Positions 59,777 through 64,000 of a stretch of DNA of 64,000 bases are shown here, in pieces. Numbering within the stretch: the stretch's first letter is position 1; each line of letters opens with the position of its first letter. The DNA lies in the NCBI RefSeq assembly GCF_006345805.1, contig NC_043019.1, positions 28,023,360 to 28,087,359 of the forward strand, written 5' to 3'. Position numbers and translations under genes: made by a program. Under the pieces are notes generated by a model. That model ran no database searches. It saw only the letters and a list, made by a program, of their open reading frames with translations, and had not been told where the DNA came from. This DNA comes from Octopus sinensis. Its lineage: Eukaryota.

Positions 59777-62700
59777 CTGTTTAGATAACAAAAACATTTT
59801 CAAATATTAGAAATTATTTCTTGGTCTTGTTCTTCCTCTTCAATCTCACTCTCACTTTCCCTCTCTCTCTTGCACTCCATCCGTCTTGCACCTTCCCCCC
59901 CCCCGTTTCTCTCTCTCTCTTTCAAACATACAGACATATATTGACACACATATATAGGACCACATTCATATAAACTCTCATATTTATATATATGCAGAGA
60001 AGGAAATGATTTTTCAAACACAGTATCGGCATTAAAACAACAGAAATATAGAGTATTATTACCCTTATAAGAAAGAAAAAGTTGTCAACAAACAGCCATG
60101 ATTGTTTGTTGACAACTGCGTTCAAAATATCACTTCTTTGTCTGTATTATACGATACATATTTGTTGTAAGTTTGTTATATATATATGTACACACACACA
60201 CAAGCACACACATGCATGCACACACACACTCACATAGACACAGGCATATATCTGACAGACACAGCCTATGAGTCTCCTTAAAAAGCATTTTAACAAGTAC
60301 CCACAAAACAAGAGAAGAGGCAGGTTGCTCTTGCAGGGTATAGAATAGCAGTCCAGTAGGAGGCCGATGCAAGGCTGAATCTATAGTGACACGTAGACTT
60401 GCTATCCGCATTACCAGTGATGTACCATCCAACTGTAATAATAGCACTGGAGGCAATGACAGTAGTAGATTAATCAGCTCTTCCACCAATATGATTGCCA
60501 CAGCCAGAGATGATGACCAGACTGGGACCAGAGACACAGAGGAGGTAACCAATGACCTCCAGTACCACTGCCACAGATGATGAACAAACCATTATCACCG
60601 ATACTGATAGAGCGACTGGCCCTGCACCATATGTTACCATCAGTAAAATCACCACAGCTAGAGATGATGACCAGTCTGGGACCAGTGACACAGAGGAGGT
60701 ATCTTTTCATTTTGTTACTTTTCCTATTGTTCTCTTTCCCCATCTCTCTCTCTCTCTCTCTTTCCTTTTTCTTTACACTCCTGTTCTCACTATCTCTCTC
60801 ATATTGTTAGCAAAACAACTAAAAATATACAAAATCTTATACTCTCCAAGCATGTTCCTCAATAGAATAACAACAACAATAATAGTTCTTTCTTACCCAA
60901 AGAATGGCAGATACTGTAACACAGTCTGTTTGGTGATGGGTCCTGTAATCTCAGTTGAGTTTTCAATCACACAGCTTATAACCTTTCGAAGGAAGGCTTG
61001 AAACCGCGTCCGTCTTGTCTCAACAACACGCGGGTCCTACCGATAAATAAAAAAAATAGCAGTACATCATTAATTAGTTTATTTTCTATTTAATTAATTA
61101 ATAATGATAATAATAACCCTTTTTACTATAGACACAAAGCCTGAAGTTTTGTGGGAGAGAGGGCTAGTCAATTATATTGATCCCAATGTTTAACTGGTAT
61201 TTAATTTATTGACCCTGAAAGGATGAAAGGCAAAGTTGACCTTGCTGGAATTTGAACTCAGAATGTAGCAATGGGCAGAATACCGCTAAGCATTTCGTCC
61301 AGCATGCTGACGATTCTGCCAGCTGATATTTATATATCAGTCCACAATAGACACAGAGTTCAAGATGAAATGTGTATGGCTAACACCCAGCCTGACATAG
61401 AGGTAAGGGTAAAATTGATGTCTAGTACCCAACCTGGGCATCTGCAGGCCACTGTCTTCATAGTGTGAGTAGTAAGGGAGTAATGAGGTGGGGACGTGGT
61501 CTGGATATTTGAATGCTTGCATCAGAGAAACCTCTACTAAAAGTATTGAATGACCAGTTGATGGTACTGTGTTTGACCCTTTCGATATCGACCCAACTGA
61601 AACCGCCTCTGGCTTTGTAGTACAAATGTCTTGTTTCCATAAGTTTTGAATTAAAATCTTCCACCAAACCTTGGTCACAATTTATGTTCCTAACACTAGC
61701 TTAAGGAAAACTAAGTTATTTTATTAAATTCTTTGTTATATTTGAAATTAATTGAAAGAAACACAGAGCATCTCAAAATAAATGCAGTAATGAAAGGGTT
61801 AATCACTCAACTAACACCCCATATATCTTAAGACCTGATCTATCCCTTTTGTACCAAACTGCCCCCTCCCCTAGCTCAATAACTGTTTCTAGGTTACCTT
61901 ACAGTCCACTTCATATAACATACAACTTATTAAGTAGTGTTACACCACTAAACTTAGTAGCCACTTAAGTAATGGATTAGTGGAAAGTTAATGGGTTGGC
62001 TGTGGTACTGAAGAAGCAGCAAAAACTCCTAAAATATGGATATACACTCCTCACTTATTTTTCTATCTTCCATTGCATTGTTTACATAGACATATTTGTA
62101 TACAAAATGTTGTAACTTTGAGTACTGGCCCTAAATTCTACTAAAAATCTGTAGAGAATACACTTAAAAATGACAACTTTTAAAAAAACATAATAAATTA
62201 TTACCTTGTAACCAACCCTAACTTTAGATGGAAAATTAAATTGGCCCAAAATGGGAAATTTTTTCTTCAGTTTGGAGTAGAACACATAAAATTGCCGATA
62301 ACGTCTATACACATTCCATTCTTCATCTTGAATTCTGATGTAGACCTAAAAGAAAAAGGAAGTCATTTATCTACACATGTTGTAAATTAATTATTAAAAT
62401 CAATACCTAAATCAGAGATGTACATCCAGTGTGTATACAAACACAGGTACAAAGTTTGCAAAATAGAAATTTAGTCAACTTATTCATTGAAATCAAATTG
62501 ATTTCTTTTGGCAGTAAATTGGTAAATGCTTGTAAGGATATATTTGTTTGTTCATTTGTTTTATACACTCTTTAAAGTGGTTGGCATTAGGAAGGCCATC
62601 AAGCCATAGAAACCATGCCAAAGCAGCTCTGCAGCTCACCAGGTCCTGTCAAACCATCTAACCCATGGCAGCATAGAAAACAGACATTAAACGAGCATGA

Positions 62701-63832
62701 TGACGATGATGATTTTCCCTGTTAGATCAATACATGTTATTGTGGCATCATTTTGCAGCTGGATGCCTTTCCTGTTGCTTGACAGGGAAAGTCAGCAAAC
62801 ATCATTTGTAGTTCACTAATTTTTCATATGAAGCACAAAATATAAACATTCGCACACACACGCACAAATACATATATCTTTATATATAAAAGAAAGGTTG
62901 TGTGTCTGTCTCCTACGATTTAGATTCCTAACTACTCCCACATTTTGCGGTGCAGTTTAACCAAAACCGGGTATCTTATAGTCGTGATTCATATCGAGCC
63001 CTTCTGGGTATTAGCGCGCGTCTACGATGAGTCTACGATTTAAAAAAAAATTTACCATAATTTTTTTCCATTTTAATGCATTTTTTCGCTATTATATATG
63101 GGAAGTAACTCTCTCAAAATGTCTACGATGAGTCAACGATTTAAATAAAATTTACCATAATTTTTTTTCCATTTTTAATGCATTTTTTTGCTATAACTCT
63201 CTAAAAATGCTTATATAGTTATTTCCCTTACAAACCCGAGCAACACTGGGCGATACTGCTAGTGTGTATATATATACATATATAAACATATACTCTGTAA
63301 AGTAGTTGGTGTTAAGAAGGGCATCCAGCTGTAAAAATTGTGCCAAAGCAGACTGACTCGCAAACTCCTGTGAAACCATCCAACCCATCCCAGCATGGAA
63401 GAAGGATGTTAAATGATCATGATGATGATGATATCTCTGTGTGTGTGTAGTGATTGATGCAGGCACAGCTGTATGATTAATAAGTGTGCTTCCCAATCAA
63501 ATGGTCCCAGGTTCAGTCCCACTCCATGGCACCTTCGACAAATGTTTTCTACTCTACCTGGGGGCCAACTAAAACCTTGTGATTGGAGTTGGTAGACAGA
63601 GACAGAGTCTGATTATGTGTTTGCAATCATTTTACCCAAGTTTTCATGGCTGGGTTGTTGTTTATTTTGTTGTCCTCATTGGAAAAGCCAAAGGAAACAA
63701 ATGAAAGTGTGGTACTTTGACGAGAAAGAAACTTTATTTACCTGGTATACATGATAAGTATCTGATGATAAGCCACGTAAAAATGCAGATGGAATCCAAA
63801 CATGTACAAGGTTTCTGGGTGTGATGGTTAGA
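59638..63832 (-). CDS. SNX29: Sorting nexin 29-like, C-terminal PX domain, last four coding exons; 5' part lies right of the window
   Basis: join(63742-63832,62205-62345,60897-61036,59638-59776). [17 protein letters not shown]|[20 protein letters not shown]..|[18 protein letters not shown] matches the recalled SNX29 PX domain (INVWIPSVFLRG, VYIRIKDDEWNIYRRY, MPFF); phases consistent. Confidence 0.92.
60897..61036 (-). CDS. SNX29: SNX29 exon (n-1)
   Basis: cggtag|[46 protein letters not shown](G)|gtaaga, 140 nt. Confidence 0.93.
62205..62345 (-). CDS. SNX29: SNX29 exon (n-2)
   Basis: ttttag|[47 protein letters not shown]|gtaata. Confidence 0.95.
62877..63262 (+). mobile_element. Non-autonomous Helitron, 386 bp
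   Basis: 5' A|TCTTTATATATATAAAAG; 3' hairpin CCCGAGCAACACTGGG then CTAG|T; no TSD; internal duplication starting gtctacgatgagtc. Confidence 0.8.
63742..63832 (-). CDS. SNX29: SNX29 exon (n-3)
   Basis: atacag|[30 protein letters not shown]|gtaaat. Confidence 0.92.
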
Positions 63833-64000
63833 CTGTATAATAAAAAGCCAAAGAAATCTTCATAAAACATTACTCAGAGTTTCACGTTACCATTGTAGAC
63901 AGGAGTGATCATACTCATAAAACATTATGTATATGCATGCATATCTATTCATATCTATCTGTCTATCTATCTATCTATCTCTATCTGTCTGTCTATCTAT

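Noticed and set aside
60301-60380. Alternative SNX29 cassette exon (tatag|...gtgg|gtactt)
   Set aside because: 80 nt would break the frame, the acceptor is weak, and there is no homology.

Overview
AT-rich, repeat-dense animal genomic DNA. The SINE/MITE content and (TA)n load fit an octopod cephalopod best; this is inference, not proven. Four spliced protein-coding genes were reconstructed by hand; the ORF track shows only some of their exons. (1) TCP1/CCT1 (chaperonin alpha), minus strand, exons 1-7; the 3' part lies left of the window. (2) PSMD14/Rpn11, plus strand, complete, 10 coding exons, 311 aa. (3) BLOC1S5/muted, minus strand, complete, 5 exons, 142 aa. (4) The last four exons of an SNX29-like PX-domain gene, minus strand. 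One tRNA-Val(AAC) gene lies just upstream of the first PSMD14 coding exon. The rest is tRNA-derived SINEs, TTAA (piggyBac-type) MITEs, a hAT element, a Helitron, RTE/CR1/Penelope fragments and microsatellites. Best leads: a U12-type intron in TCP1; a 171/172-nt identical inverted SINE pair bracketing TCP1 exon 4; a 16 x 122-bp SINE-derived array with higher-order structure in PSMD14; an atypical tRNA-Val; a candidate bidirectional promoter; and two perfect heat-shock elements. I found no convincing wholly new multi-gene system and no CRISPR array. Repeat boundaries without a stated TSD/TIR are approximate.
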